Positions 1 through 15,000 are shown, counted from the first letter of the stretch. The stretch is DNA of 64,000 nt from Eledone cirrhosa (GCA_964016885.1 OZ024752.1:16678001-16742000), one strand, 5' to 3'. A program made the numbers and translations. Notes: a model not told the origin generated them from the sequence alone.

Positions 1-3000
1 TCTAAGGGAAGGATCACTCTGATGTCAGCCGTGTGTGGTAGTGTGTCTAGGGGAAGGATCACTCTGATGTCAGCTGTGTGTGGCAGTCTGTCTAGGGGAA
101 GGATAACTCCGATGTCAGCCGTGTGTGGTAGTCTGTCTAGGGGAAGAATCACTCTGATGTCAGCCGTGTGTGGTAGTCTGTCCAGGTGAAGGATCACTCT
201 GATGTCAGCTGTGTGTGGCAGTCTGTCTAGGGGAAGGATCACTCTGATGTCAGCCGTGTGCGGTAGTCTGTCTAGGGGAAGGATCACTCTGATGTCAGCT
301 GTGTGTGGCAGTCTGTCTAGGGGAAGGATCACTCTGATGTCAGCTGTGTGTGGTAGTCTGTCTAGGGGAAGGATCACTCTGATGTCAGTCATGTGTGGTA
401 GTCTGTCTAGGGGAAGGATCACTCTGATGTCAGCTGTGTGTGGTAGTCTGTCTAGGGGAAGGATCACTCTGATGTCAGCTGTGTGTGGTAGTCTGTCTAG
501 GGGAAGGATCACTCTGATGTCAGCTGTGTGTGGTAGTCTGTCTAGGGGAAGGATCACTCTGATGTCAGCTGTGTGTGGTAGTCTGTCTAGGGGAAGGACC
601 ACTCTGATGTCATGTGTGTGTTGTAGTCTGTCTCGGGGAAGAATCACTCTGATGTCAGTCGTGTGTGGTAGTCTGTCTAGGGGAAGGATCACTCTGATGT
701 CAGCTGTGTGTGGCAGTCTGTCTAGGGGAAGGATCACTCTGATGTCAGCCGTGTGTGGTAGTCTGTCTAGGGGAAGGATCACTCAGATGTCAGCCGTGTG
801 TGGTAGTCTGTCTAAGGGAAGGATCACTCTGATGTCAGCCGTGTGTGGTAGTCGGTCAAGGGGAAGGATCACTCTGATGTCAGCCGTGTGTGGTAGTCTG
901 TCTAGGGGAAGGTTCACTCTGATGTCAGCCGTGTGTGGTAGTCTGTCTAGGTGAAGGATCACTCTGATGTCAGCCGTGTGTGGTAGTCTGTTATGGGAAG
1001 GATCACTCCGATGTCAGCCGTGTGTGGTAGTCTGTCTAGGGGAAGGATTACTCTGATGTCAGCTGTGTGTGGTAGTCTGTTATGAGAAGGATCACTCTGA
1101 TGTCAGCCGTGTGTGGTAGTCTGTTATGGGAAGGATCATTCCGATGTCAGCCGTGTGTGGTAGTCTGTCTAGGGGAAGGATCACTCTGATGTCAGCCGTG
1201 TGTGGTAGTCTGTCTAGATGAAGGATCACTCTGATGTCAGCCAAGTGTGGTAGTCTGTCTAGGGGAAGGATCACTCTGATGTCAGCCGTGTGTGGTAGTC
1301 TGTTATGGGAAGGATCACTCTGATGTCAGCCGTGTCTGGTAGTCTGACTAGGTGAAGGATCACTCTGATGTCAGTCGTGTATGGTAGTCTGTCTAGGTGA
1401 AGGTTCACTCTGATGTCAGCCGTGTGTGGTAGTCTGTCTAAGGGAAGGATCACTCTGATGTCAGCGTGTGTGGTAGTCTGTCTAAGGGAAGGATCACTCT
1501 GATGTCAGCCGTGTGTGGTAGTCTGTCTAGGTGAAGGATCACTCTGATGTAAGCCGTGTGTGGTAGTCTGTCTAAGGGAAGTATCACTCTGATGTCAGTC
1601 ATGTGTGGTAGTCTGTCTAGGGGAAGGATCACTCTGATGTCAGCCGTGTGTGCTAGTCTGTCTAGGGGAAGGATCACTCTGATGTCAGCCGTGTGTGGTA
1701 GTCTGTCTAGGTGACGGATCACACTGATGTCTGCCGTGTGTGGTAGTCTGTCTAGGGGAAGGATCACTCTGATGTCAGCCGTGTGTGGTAGTCTGTCTAG
1801 GTGAAGGATCACTCTGATGTCAGCCGTGTGTGGTAGTCTGTTATGGGAAGGATCACTCTGATGTCAGCCAAGTGTGGTAGTCTGTCTAGGGGAAGGATCA
1901 CTCTGATGTCAGCCGTGTGTGGTAGTCTGTTATGGGAAGGATCATTCTGATGTCAGCTGTGTGTGGTAGTCTGTTATGGGAAGGATCACTCTGATGTCAG
2001 CTGTGTGTGGTAGTCTGTTATGGGAAGGATCACTCTGATGTCAGCAGTGTGTGGTAGTCTGTTATGGGAAGGATCACTCTGATGTCAGCCAAGTGTGGTA
2101 GTGTGTCTAGAGGAAGGATCACTCTGATGTCAGCCGTGTGTGGTAGTCTGTTATGGGAAGGATCATTCCGATGTCAGCCGTGTGTGGTAGTCTGTCTAGG
2201 GGAAGGATCACTCTGATGTCAGCCGTGTGTGGTAGTCTGTCTAGGTGAAGGATCACTCTGATGTCAGCTGTGTGTGGTAGTCTGTCTAGGGGAAGGACCA
2301 CTCTGATGTCATGTGTGTGTTGTAGTCTGTCTCGGGGAAGAATCACTCTGATGTCAGTCGTGTGTGGTAGTCTGTCTAGGGGAAGGATCACTCTGATGTC
2401 AGCTGTGTGTGGCAGTCTGTCTAGGGGAAGGATAACTCTGATGTCAGCCGTGTGTGGTAGTCTGTCTAGGGGAAGGATCACTCAGATGTCAGCCGTGTGT
2501 GGTAGTCTGTCTAAGGGAAGGATCACTCTGATGTCAGCCGTGTGTGGTAGTCGGTCTAGGGGAAGGATCACTCTGATGTCAGCCGTGTGTGGTAGTCTGT
2601 CTAGGGGAAGGTTCACTCTGATGTCAGCCGTGTGTGGTAGTCTGTCTAGGTGAAGGATCACTCTGATGTCAGCCGTGTGTGGTAGTCTGTTATGGGAAGG
2701 ATCACTCCGATGTCAGCCGTGTGTGGTAGTCTGTCTAGGGGAAGGATTACTCTGATGTCAGCTGTGTGTGGTAGTCTGTTATGAGAAGGATCACTCTGAT
2801 GTCAGCCGTGTGTGGTAGTCTGTTATGGGAAGGATCATTCCGATGTCAGCCGTGTGTGGTAGTCTGTCTAGGGGAAGGATCACTCTGATGTCAGCCGTGT
2901 GTGGTAGTCTGTCTAGATGAAGGATCACTCTGATGTCAGCCAAGTGTGGTAGTCTGTCTAGGGGAAGGATCACTCTGATGTCAGCCGTGTGTGGTAGTCT

Positions 3001-6000
3001 GTTATGGGAAGGATCACTCTGATGTCAGCCGTGTCTGGTAGTCTGACTAGGTGAAGGATCACTCTGATGTCAGTCGTGTATGGTAGTCTGTCTAGGTGAA
3101 GGATCACTCTGATGTCAGCCGTGTGTGGTAGTCTGTCTAAGGGAAGGATCACTCTGATGTCAGCGTGTGTGGTAGTCTGTCTAAGGGAAGGATCACTCTG
3201 ATGTCAGCCGTGTGTGGTAGTCTGTCTAGGTGAAGGATCACTCTGATGTAAGCCGTGTGTGGTAGTTTGTCTAAGGGAAGTATCACTCTGATGTCAGTCA
3301 TGTGTGGTAGTCTGTCTAGGGGAAGGATCACTCTGATGTCAGCCGTGTGTGCTAGTCTGTCTAGGGGAAGGATCACTCTGATGTCAGCCGTGTGTGGTAG
3401 TCTGTCTAGGTGACGGATCACACTGATGTCTGCCGTGTGTGGTAGTCTGTCTAGGGGAAGGATCACTCTGATGTCAGCCGTGTGTGGTAGTCTGTCTAGG
3501 TGAAGGATCACTCTGATGTCAGCCGTGTGTGGTAGTCTGTTATGGGAAGGATCACTCTGATGTCAGCCAAGTGTGGTAGTCTGTCTAGGGGAAGGATCAC
3601 TCTGATGTCAGCCGTGTGTGGTAGTCTGTTATGGGAAGGATCATTCTGATGTCAGCTGTGTGTGGTAGTCTGTTATGGGAAGGATCACTCTGATGTCAGC
3701 TGTGTGTGGTAGTCTGTTATGGGAAGGATCACTCTGATGTCAGCAGTGTGTGGTAGTCTGTTATGGGAAGGATCACTCTGATGTCAGCCAAGTGTGGTAG
3801 TGTGTCTAGAGGAAGGATCACTCTGATGTCAGCCGTGTGTGGTAGTCTGTTATGGGAAGGATCACTCTGATGTCAGCGTGTGTGGTAGTCTGTTATGGGA
3901 TGGATCACTCTGATGTCAGCCAAGTGTGGTAGTCTGTCTAAGGGAAGGATCACTCTGATGTCAGCCGTGTGTGGTAGTCTGTTATGGGAAGGATCACTCT
4001 GATGTCAGCCGTGTGTGGTAGTCTGTTATGGGAAGGATCATTCCGATGTCAGCCGTGTGTGGTAGTCTGTCTAGGGGAAGGATCACTCTGATGTCAGCCG
4101 TGTGTGGTAGTCTGTCTAGGTGAAGGATCACTCTGATGTCAGCCAAGTGTGGTAGTCTGTCTAGGGGAAGGATCACTCTGATGTCAGCCGTGTGTGGTAG
4201 CCTGTTATGGGAAGGATCACTCTGATGTCAGCCGTGTCTGGTAGTCTGACTAGGTGAAGGATCACTCTGATGTCAGTCGTGTATGGTAGTCTGTCTAGGT
4301 GAAGGATCACTCTGATGTCAGCCGTGTGTGGTAGTCTGTCTAAGGGAAGGATCACTCTGATGTCAGCGTGTGTGGTAGTCTGTCTAAGGGAAGGATCACT
4401 CTGATGTCAGCCGTGTGTGGTAGTCTGTCTAGGTGAAGGATCACTCTGATGTAAGCCGTGTGTGGTAGTCTGTCTAAGGGAAGTATCACTCTGATGTCAG
4501 TCATGTGTGGTAGTCTGTTATGGGAAGGATCACTCTGATGTCAGCCGTGTGCGGTAGTCTGTCTAGGGGAAGGATCACTCTGATGTCTGATGTCAGCCGT
4601 GTGTGGTAGTCTGTCTAGGGGAAGGATCACTCTGATGTCAGCTGTGTGTGGCAGTCTGTCTAGGGGAAGGATCACTCTGATGTCAGTCATGTGTGGTAGT
4701 CTGTCTAGGGGAAGGATCACTCTGATGTCAGCCGTGTGTGGTAGTCTGTCTAGGGGAAGGATCACTCTGATGTCAGCTGTGTGTGGTAGTCTGTCTAAGG
4801 GAAGGATCACTCTGATGTCAGCCGTGTGTGGTAGTGTGTCTAGGGGAAGGATCACTCTGATGTCAGCTGTGTGTGGCAGTCTGTCTAGGGGACGGATAAC
4901 TCCGATGTCAGCCGTGTGTGGTAGTCTGTCTAGGGGAAGAATCACTCTGATGTCAGCCGTGTGTGGTAGTCTGTCCAGGGGAAGGATCACTCTGATGTCA
5001 GCTGTGTGTGGCAGTCTGTCTAGGGGAAGGATCACTCTGATGTCAGCCGTGTGCGGTAGTCTGTCTAGGGGAAGGATCACTCTGATGTCAGCTGTGTGTG
5101 GCAGTCTGTCTAGGGGAAGGATCACTCTGATGTCAGCTGTGTGTGGTAGTCTGTCTAGGGGAACGATCACTCTGATGTCAGTCATGTCTGGTAGTCTGTC
5201 TAGGGGAAGGATCACTCTGATGTCAGCTGTGTGTGGTAGTCTGTCTAGGGGAAGGATCACTCTGATGTCAGCTGTGTGTGGTAGTCTGTCTAGGGGAAGG
5301 ATCACTCTGATGTCAGCTGTGTGTGGTAGTCTGTCTAGGTGAAGGATCACTCTGATGTCAGCTGTGTGTGGTAGTCTGTCTAGGGGAAGGATCACTCTGA
5401 TGTCAGCCATGTGTGGTAGTCTGTTATGGGAAGGATCACTCTGATGTTAGCTGTGTGTGGTAGTCTGTTATGGGAAGGATCACTCTGATGTCAGCTGTGT
5501 GTGGTAGTCTGTTATGGGAAGGATCACTCTGATGTCAGCCGTGTGTGGTAGTCTGTAATGGGAAGGATCACTCTGATGTCAGCCAAGTGTGGTAGTCTGT
5601 CTAGGGGAAGGATCACTCTGATGTCACCCGTGTGTGGTAGTCTGTTATGGGAAGGATCACTCTGATGTCAGCGTGTGTGGTAGTCTGTTATGGGAAGGAT
5701 CACTCTGATGTCAGCCGTGTGTGGTAGTCTGTTATGGGAAGGATCATTCCGATGTCAGCCGTGTGTGGTAGTCTGTCTAGGGGAATGATCACTCTGATGT
5801 CAGCCGTGTGTGGTAGTCTGTCTAGGTTAAGGATCACTATGATGTCAGCCAAGTGTGGTAGTCTGTCTAGGGGAAGGATCACTCTGATGTCAGCCGTGTG
5901 TGGTAGTCTGTTATGGGAAGGATCACTCTGGTCAGCTGTGTTTGGTAGTCTGTTATGGGAAGGATCACTCCGATGTCAGCCGTGTGTGGTAGTCTGTCTA

Positions 6001-9000
6001 GGGGAAGGATTACTCTGATGTCAGCTGTGTGTGGTAGTCTGTTATGGGAAGGATCACTCTGATGTCAGCCGTGTGTGGTAGTCTGTTATGGGAAGGATCA
6101 CTCTGATGTCAGCCAAGTGTGGTAGTATGTCTAGGGGAAGGATCACTCTGATGTCAGCCGTGTGTGGTAGTCTGTTATGGGAAGGATCATTCTGATGTCA
6201 GCTGTGTGTGGTAGTCTGTTATGGGAAGGATCACTCTGATGTCAGCTGTGTGTGGTAGTCTGTAATGGGAAGGATCACTCTGATGTCAGCAGTGTGTGGT
6301 AGTCTGTTATGGGAAGGATCACTCTGATGTCAGCCAAGTGTGGTAGTGTGTCTAGGGGAAGGATCACTCTGATGTCAGCCGTGTGTGGTAGTCTGTTATG
6401 GGAAGGATCACTCTGATGTCAGCGTGTGTGGTAGTCTGTTATGGGAAGGATCACTCTGATGTCAGCCAAGTGTGGTAGTCTGTCTAAGGGAAGGATCACT
6501 CTGATGTCAGCCGTGTGTGGTAGTCTGTTATGGGAAGTATCACTCTGATGTCAGCCGTGTGTGGTAGTCTGTTATGGGAAGGATCACTCCGATGTCAGCC
6601 GTGTGTGGTAGTCTGTCTAGGGGAAGGATCACTCTGATGTCAGCCGTGTGTGTTAGTCTGTCTAGGTGAAGGATCACTCTGATGTCAGCCAAGTGTGGTA
6701 GTCTGTCTAGGGGAAGGATCACTCTGATGTCAGCCGTGTGTGGTAGTCTGTTATGGGAAGGATCACTCTGATGTCAGCCGTGTGTGGTAGTCTGTCTAGG
6801 TGAAGGATCACTCTGATGTCAGTCGTGTATGGTAGTCTGTCTAGGTGAAGGATCACTCTGATGTCAGCCGTGTGTGGTAGTCTGTCTAAGGGAAGGATCA
6901 CTCTGATGTCAGCGTGTGTGGTAGTCTGTCTAAGGGAAGGATCACTCTGATGTCAGCCGTGTGTGGTAGTCTGTCTAGGTGAAGGATCACTCTGATGTAA
7001 GCCGTGTGTGGTAGTCTGTCTAAGGGAAGTATCACTCTGATGTCAGTCATGTGTGGTAGTCTGTTATGGGAAGGATCACTCTGATGTCAGCCGTGTGTAG
7101 TAGTCTGTCTAGGGGAAGGATCACTCTGATGTCTGATGTCAGCCGTGTGTGGTAGTCTGTCTAGGGGAAGGATCACTCTGATGACAGCTGTGTGTGGCAG
7201 TCTGTCTAGGGGAAGGATCACTCTGATGTCAGCCGTGTGTTGTAGTCTCTCTAGGGAAAGGATCACTCTGATATCAGCTGTGTGTGGTAGTCTGTCTAGG
7301 GGAAGGATCACTCTGATGTCAGCCGTGTCTGGTAGTCCGTCTAGGGGAAGGATCACTCTGATGTCAGCCATGTGTGGTAGTCTGTCTAGGGGAAGGATCA
7401 CTCTGATGTCAGCCAAGTGTGGTAGTCTGTCTAGGGGAAGGATCACTCTGATGTCAGTCATGTGTGGTAGTCTGTCTAGGGGAAGGATCACTCTGATGTC
7501 AGCCGTGTGTGGTAGTCTGTCTAGGGGAAGGATCACTCTGATGTCAGCCGTGTGTGGTAGTCTGTCTAGGGGAAGGATCACTCAGATGTCAGCCGTGTGT
7601 GGTAGTCTGTCTAAGGGAAGGATCACTCTGATGTCAGCCGTGTGTGGTAGTCGGTCTAGGGGAAGGATCACTCTGATGTCAGCCGTGTGTGGTAGTCTGT
7701 CTAGGGGAAGGTTCACTCTGATGTCAGCCGTGTGTGGTAGTCTGTCTAGGTGAAGGATCACTCTGATGTCAGCTGTGTGTGGTAGTCTGTCTAGGGGAAG
7801 GATCACTCTGATGTCAGCCATGTGTGGTAGTCTGTCTAGGGGAAGGATAGCTCTGATGTCAGCCACGTGTGGTAGTCTGTCTAGGTGAAGGATCACTCTG
7901 ATGTCAGCCGTGTGTGGTAGTCTGTTATGGGAAGGATCACTCTGATGTTAGCTGTGTGTGGTAGTCTGTTATGGGAAGGATCACTCTGATGTCAGCTGTG
8001 TGTGGTAGTCTGTTATGGGAAGGATCACTCTGATGTCAGCCGTGTGTGGTAGTGTGTAATGGGAAGGATCACTCTGATGTCAGCCAAGTGTGGTAGTCTG
8101 TCTAGGGGAAGGATCACTCTGATGTCACCCGTGTGTGGTAGTCTGTTATGGGAAGGATCACTCTGATGTCAGCGTGTGTGGTAGTCTGTTATGGGAAGGA
8201 TCACTCTGATGTCAGCCAAGTGTGGTAGTCTGTCTAGGGGAAGGATCACTCTGATGTCAGCCGCGTGTGGTAGTCTGTTATGGGAAGGATCACTCTGATG
8301 TCAGCCGTGTGTGGTAGTCTGTTATGGGAAGGATCACTCTGATGTCAGCCGTGTGTGGTAGTCTGTTATGGGAAGGATCACTCTGATGTCAGCTGTGTGT
8401 GGTAGTCTGTTATGGGAAGGATCACTCCGATGTCAGCCGTGTGTGGTAGTCTGTCTAGGTAAAGGATCACTCTGATGTCAGCCAAGTGTGGTAGTCTGTC
8501 TAGGGGAAGGATCACTCTGATGTCATCCGTGTGTGGTAGTCTGTTATGGGAAGGATCACTCTGATGTCAGTCGTGTGTGGTAGTCTGTCTAGGTGAAGGA
8601 TCACTCTGATGTCAGTCGTGTGTGGTAGTCTGTTATGGGAAGGATCACTCTGATATCAGCCGTGTGTGGTAGTCTGTCTAGGGGAAGGATCACTCTGATG
8701 TCAGCCAAGTGTGGTAGTCTGTCTAGGGGAAGGATCACTCTGATGTCAGCCGTGTGTGGTAGTCTGTCTAGGTGACGGATCACACTGATGTCAGCCGTGT
8801 GTGGTAGTCTGTCTAGGGGAAGGATCACTCTGATGTCAGCCGTGTGTGGTAGTCTGTCTAGGTGAAGGATCACTCTGATGTCAGCCGTGTGTGATAGTCT
8901 GTTATGGGAAGGATCACTCTGATGTCAGCCAAGTGTGGTCGTCTGTCTAGGGGAAGGATCACTCTGATGTCAGCCGTGTGTGGTAGTCTGTTATGGGAAG

Positions 9001-12000
9001 GATCATTCTGATGTCAGCTGTGTGTGGTAGTCTGTTATGGGAAGCATCACTCTGATGTCAGCTGTGTGTGGTAGTCTGTTATGGGAAGGATCACTCTGAT
9101 GTCAGCAGTGTGTGGTAGTCTGTTATGGGAAGGATCACTCTGATGTCAGCCAAGTGTGGTAGTGTGTCTAGAGGAAGGATCACTCTGATGTCAGCCGTGT
9201 GTGGTAGTCTGTTATGGGAAGGATCACTCTGATGTCAGCGTGTGTGGTAGTCTGTTATGGGAAGGATCACTCTGATGTCAGCCAAGTGTGGTAGTCTGTC
9301 TAAGGGAAGGATCACTCTGATGTCAGCCGTGTGTGGTAGTCTGTTATGGGAAGGATCACTCTGATGTCAGCCGTGTGTGGTAGTCTGTTATGGGAAGGAT
9401 CATTCCGATGTCAGCCGTGTGTGGTAGTCTGTCTAGGGGAAGGATCACTCTGCTGTCAGCCGTGTGTGGTAGTCTGTCTAGGTGAAGGATCACTCTGATG
9501 TCAGCCAAGTGTGGTAGTCTGTCTAGGGGAAGGATCACTCTGATGTCAGCCGTGTGTGGTAGCCTGTTATGGGAAGGATCACTCTGATGTCAGCCGTGTC
9601 TGGTAGTCTGACTAGGTGAAGTATCACTCTGATGTCAGTCGTGTATGGTAGTCTGTCTAGGTGAAGGATCACTCTGATGTCAGCCGTGTGTGGTAGTCTG
9701 TCTAAGGGAAGGATCACTCTGATGTCAGCGTGTGTGGTAGTCTGTCTAAGGGAAGGATCACTCTGATGTCAGCCGTGTGTGGTAGTCTGTCTAGGTGAAG
9801 GATCACTCTGATGTAAGCCGTGTGTGGTAGTCTGTCTAAGGGAAGTATCACTCTGATGTCAGTCATGTGTGGTAGTCTGTTATGGGAAGGATCACTCTGA
9901 TGTCAGCCGTGTGCGGTAGTCTGTCTAGGGGAAGGATCACTCTGATGTTTGATGTCAGCCGTGTGTGGTAGTCTGTCTAGGGGAAGGATCACTCTGATGT
10001 CAGCTGTGTGTGGCAGTCTGTCTAGGGGAAGGATCACTCTGATGTCAGCCAAGTGTGGTAGTCTGTCTAGGGGAAGGATCACTCTGATGTCAGTCATGTG
10101 TGGTAGTCTGTATAGGGGAAGGATCACTCTGATGTCAGCCGTGTGTGGTAGTCTGTCTAGGGGAAGGATCACTCTGATGTCAGCTGTGTGTGGTAGTCTG
10201 TCTAAGGGAAGGATCACTCTGATGTCAGCCGTGTGTGGTAGTGTGTCTAGGGGAAGGATCACTCTGATGTCAGCTGTGTGTGGCAGTCTGTCTAGGGGAA
10301 GGATAACTCCGATGTCAGCCGTGTGTGGTAGTCTGTCTAGGGGAAGAATCACTCTGATGTCAGCCGTGTGTGGTAGTCTGTCCAGGGGAAGGATCACTCT
10401 GATGTCAGCTGTGTGTGGCAGTCTGTCTAGGGGAAGGATCACTCTGATGTCAGCCGTGTGCGGTAGTCTGTCTAGGGGAAGGATCACTCTGATGTCAGCT
10501 GTGTGTGGCAGTCTGTCTAGGGGAAGGATCACTCTGATGTCAGCTGTGTGTGGTAGTCTGTCTAGGGGAAGGATCACTCTGATGTCAGTCATGTGTGGTA
10601 GTCTCTCTAGGGGAAGGATCACTCTGATGTCAGCTGTGTGTGGTAGTCTGTCTAGGGGAAGGATCACTCTGATGTCAGCTGTGTGTGGTAGTCTGTCTAG
10701 GGGAAGGATCACTCTGATGTCAGCTGTGTGTGGTAGTCTGTCTAGGGAAAGGATCACTCTGATGTCAGCTGTGTGTGGTAGTCTGTCTAGGGGAAGGACC
10801 ACTCTGATGTCATGTGTGTGTTGTAGTCTGTCTCGGGGAAGAATCACTCTGATGTCAGTCGTGTGTGGTAGTCTGTCTAGGGGAAGGATCACTCTGATGT
10901 CAGCTGTGTGTGGCAGTCTGTCTAGGGGAAGGATCACTCTGATGTCAGCCGTGTGTGGTAGTCTGTCTAGGGGAAGGATCACTCAGATGTCAGCCGTGTG
11001 TGGTAGTCTGTCTAAGGGAAGGATCACTCTGATGTCAGCCGTGTGTGGTAGTCGGTCTAGGGGAAGGATCACTCTGATGTCAGCCGTGTGTGGTAGTCTG
11101 TCTAGGGGAAGGTTCACTCTGATGTCAGCCGTGTGTGGTAGTCTGTCTAGGTGAAGGATCACTCTGATGTCAGCCGTGTGTGGTAGTCTGTTATGGGAAG
11201 GATCACTCCGATGTCAGCCGTGTGTGGTAGTCTGTCTAGGGGAAGGATTACTCTGATGTCAGCTGTGTGTGGTAGTCTGTTATGAGAAGGATCACTCTGA
11301 TGTCAGCCGTGTGTGGTAGTCTGTTATGGGAAGGATCATTCCGATGTCAGCCGTGTGTGGTAGTCTGTCTAGGGGAAGGATCACTCTGATGTCAGCCGTG
11401 TGTGGTAGTCTGTCTAGATGAAGGATCACTCTGATGTCAGCCAAGTGTGGTAGTCTGTCTAGGGGAAGGATCACTCTGATGTCAGCCGTGTGTGGTAGTC
11501 TGTTATGGGAAGGATCACTCTGATGTCAGCCGTGTCTGGTAGTCTGACTAGGTGAAGGATCACTCTGATGTCAGTCGTGTATGGTAGTCTGTCTAGGTGA
11601 AGGATCACTCTGATGTCAGCCGTGTGTGGTAGTCTGTCTAAGGGAAGGATCACTCTGATGTCAGCGTGTGTGGTAGTCTGTCAAAGGGAAGGATCACTCT
11701 GATGTCAGCCGTGTGTGGTAGTCTGTCTAGGTGAAGGATCACTCTGATGTAAGCCGTGTGTGGTAGTCTGTCTAAGGGAAGTATCACTCTGATGTCAGTC
11801 ATGTGTGGTAGTCTGTCTAGGGGAAGGATCACTCTGATGTCAGCCGTGTGTGCTAGTCTGTCTAGGGGAAGGATCACTCTGATGTCAGCCGTGTGTGGTA
11901 GTCTGTCTAGGTGACGGATCACACTGATGTCTGCCGTGTGTGGTAGTCTGTCTAGGGGAAGGATCACTCTGATGTCAGCCGTGTGTGGTAGTCTGTCTAG

Positions 12001-15000
12001 GTGAAGGATCACTCTGATGTCAGCCGTGTGTGGTAGTCTGTTATGGGAAGGATCACTCTGATGTCAGCCAAGTGTGGTAGTCTGTCTAGGGGAAGGATCA
12101 CTCTGATGTCAGCCGTGTGTGGTAGTCTGTTATGGGAAGGATCATTCTGATGTCAGCTGTGTGTGGTAGTCTGTTATGGGAAGGATCACTCTGATGTCAG
12201 CTGTGTGTGGTAGTCTGTTATGGGAAGGATCACTCTGATGTCAGCAGTGTGTGGTAGTCTGTTATGGGAAGGATCACTCTGATGTCAGCCAAGTGTGGTA
12301 GTGTGTCTAGAGGAAGGATCACTCTGATGTCAGCCGTGTGTGGTAGTCTGTTATGGGAAGGATCACTCTGATGTCAGCGTGTGTGGTAGTCTGTTATGGG
12401 AAGGATCACTCTGATGTCAGCCAAGTGTGGTAGTCTGTCTAAGGGAAGGATCACTCTGATGTCAGCCGTGTGTGGTAGTCTGTTATGGGAAGGATCACTC
12501 TGATGTCAGCCGTGTGTGGTAGTCTGTTATGGGAAGGATCATTCCGATGTCAGCCGTGTGTGGTAGTCTGTCTAGGGGAAGGATCACTCTGATGTCAGCC
12601 GTGTGTGGTAGTCTGTCTAGGTGAAGGATCACTCTGATGTCAGCTGTGTGTGGTAGTCTGTCTAGGGGAAGGACCACTCTGATGTCATGTGTGTGTTGTA
12701 GTCTGTCTCGGGGAAGAATCACTCTGATGTCAGTCGTGTGTGGTAGTCTGTCTAGGGGAAGGATCACTCTGATGTCAGCTGTGTGTGGCAGTCTGTCTAG
12801 GGGAAGGATAACTCTGATGTCAGCCGTGTGTGGTAGTCTGTCTAGGGGAAGGATCACTCTGATGTCAGCCGTGTGTGGTAGTCTGTCTAAGGGAAGGATC
12901 ACTCTGATGTCAGCCGTGTGTGGTAGTCGGTCTAGGGGAAGGATCACTCTGATGTCAGCCGTGTGTGGTAGTCTGTCTAGGGGAAGGTTCACTCTGATGT
13001 CAGCCGTGTGTGGTAGTCTGTCTAGGTGAAGGATCACTCTGATGTCAGCCGTGTGTGGTAGTCTGTCTAGGTGAAGGATCACTCTGATGTCAGCTGTGTG
13101 TGGTAGTCTGTCTAGGGGAAGGATCACTCTGATGTCAGCCATGTGTGGTAGTCTGTTATGGGAAGGATCACTCTGATGTTAGCTGTGTGTGGTAGTCTGT
13201 TATGGGAAGGATCACTCTGATGTCAGCTGTGTGTGGTAGTCTGTTATGGGAAGGATCACTCTGATGTCAGCCGTGTGTGGTAGTCTGTAATGGGAAGGAT
13301 CACTCTGATGTCAGCCAAGTGTGGTAGTCTGTCTAGGGGAAGGATCACTCTGATGTCACCCGTGTGTGGTAGTCTGTTATGGGAAGGATCACTCTGATGT
13401 CAGCGTGTGTGGTAGTCTGTTATGGGAAGGATCACTCTGATGTCAGCCGCGTGTGGTAGTCTGTTATGGGAAGGATCACTCTGATGTCAGCCGTGTGTGG
13501 TAGTCTGTTATGGGAAGGATCATTCCGATGTCAGCCGTGTGTGGTAGTCTGTCTAGGGGAAGGATCACTCTGATGTCAGCCGTGTGTGGTAGTCTGTTAT
13601 GGGAAGGATCACTCTGATGTCAGCTGTGTTTGGTAGTCTGTTATGGGAAGGATCACTCCGATGTCAGCCGTGTGTGGTAGTCTGTCTAGGGGAAGGATTA
13701 CTCTGATGTCAGCTGTGTGTGGTAGTCTGTTATGAGAAGGATCACTCTGATGTCAGCCGTGTGTGGTAGTCTGTTATGGGAAGGATCACTCTGATGTCAG
13801 CCGTGTGTGGTAGTCTGTTATGGGAAGGATCACTCTGATGTCAGCCAAGTGTGGTAGTATGTCTAGGGGAAGGATCACTCTGATGTCAGCCGTGTGTGGT
13901 AGTCTGTTATGGGAAGGATCATTCTGATGTCAGCTGTGTGTGGTAGTCTGTTATGGGAAGGATCACTCTGATGTCAGCAGTGTGTGGTAGTCTGTTATGG
14001 GAAGGATCACTCTGATGTCAGCCAAGTGTGGTAGTGTGTCTAGGGGAAGGATCACTCTGATGTCAGCCGTGTGTGGTAGTCTGTTATGGGAAGGATCACT
14101 CTGATGTCAGCGTGTGTGGTAGTCTGTTATGGGAAGGATCACTCTGATGTCAGCCAAGTGTGGTAGTCTGTCTAAGGGAAGGATCACTCTGATGTCAGCC
14201 GTGTGTGGTAGTCTGTTATGGGAAGGATCACTCTGATGTCAGCCGTGTGTGGTAGTCTGTTATGGGAAGGATCACTCCGATGTCAGCCGTGTGTGGTAGT
14301 CTGTCTAGGGGAAGGATAACTCTGATGTCAGCCGTGTGTGGTAGTCTGTCTAGGTGAAAGATCACTCTGATGTCAGCCAAGTGTGGTAGTCTGTCTAGGG
14401 GAAGGATCACTCTGATGTCAGCCGTGTGTGGTAGTCTGTTATGGGAAGGATCACTCTGATGTCAGCCGTGTGTGGTAGTCTGTCTAGGTGAAGGATCACT
14501 CTGATGTCAGTCGTGTATGGTAGTCTGTCTAGGTGAAGGATCACTCTGATGTCAGCCGTGTGTGGTAGTCTGTCTAAGGGAAGGATCACTCTGATGTCAG
14601 CGTGTGTGGTAGTCTGTCTAAGGGAAGGATCACTCTGATGTCAGCCGTGTGTGGTAGTCTGTCTAGGTGAAGGATCACTCTGATGTAAGCCGTGTGTGGT
14701 AGTCTGTCTAAGGGAAGTATCACTCTGATGTCAGTCATGTGTGGTAGTCTGTTATGGGAAGGATCACTCTGATGTCAGCCGTGTGTAGTAGTCTGTCTAG
14801 GGGAAGGATCACTCTGATGTCTGATGTCAGCCGTGTGTGGTAGTCTGTCTAGGGGAAGGATCACTCTGATGTCAGCTGTGTGTGGCAGTCTGTCTAGGGG
14901 AAGGATCACTCTGATGTCAGCCGTGTGTTGTAGTCTCTCTAGGGAAAGGATCACTCTGATATCAGCTGTGTGTGGTAGTCTGTCTAGGGGAAGGATCACT

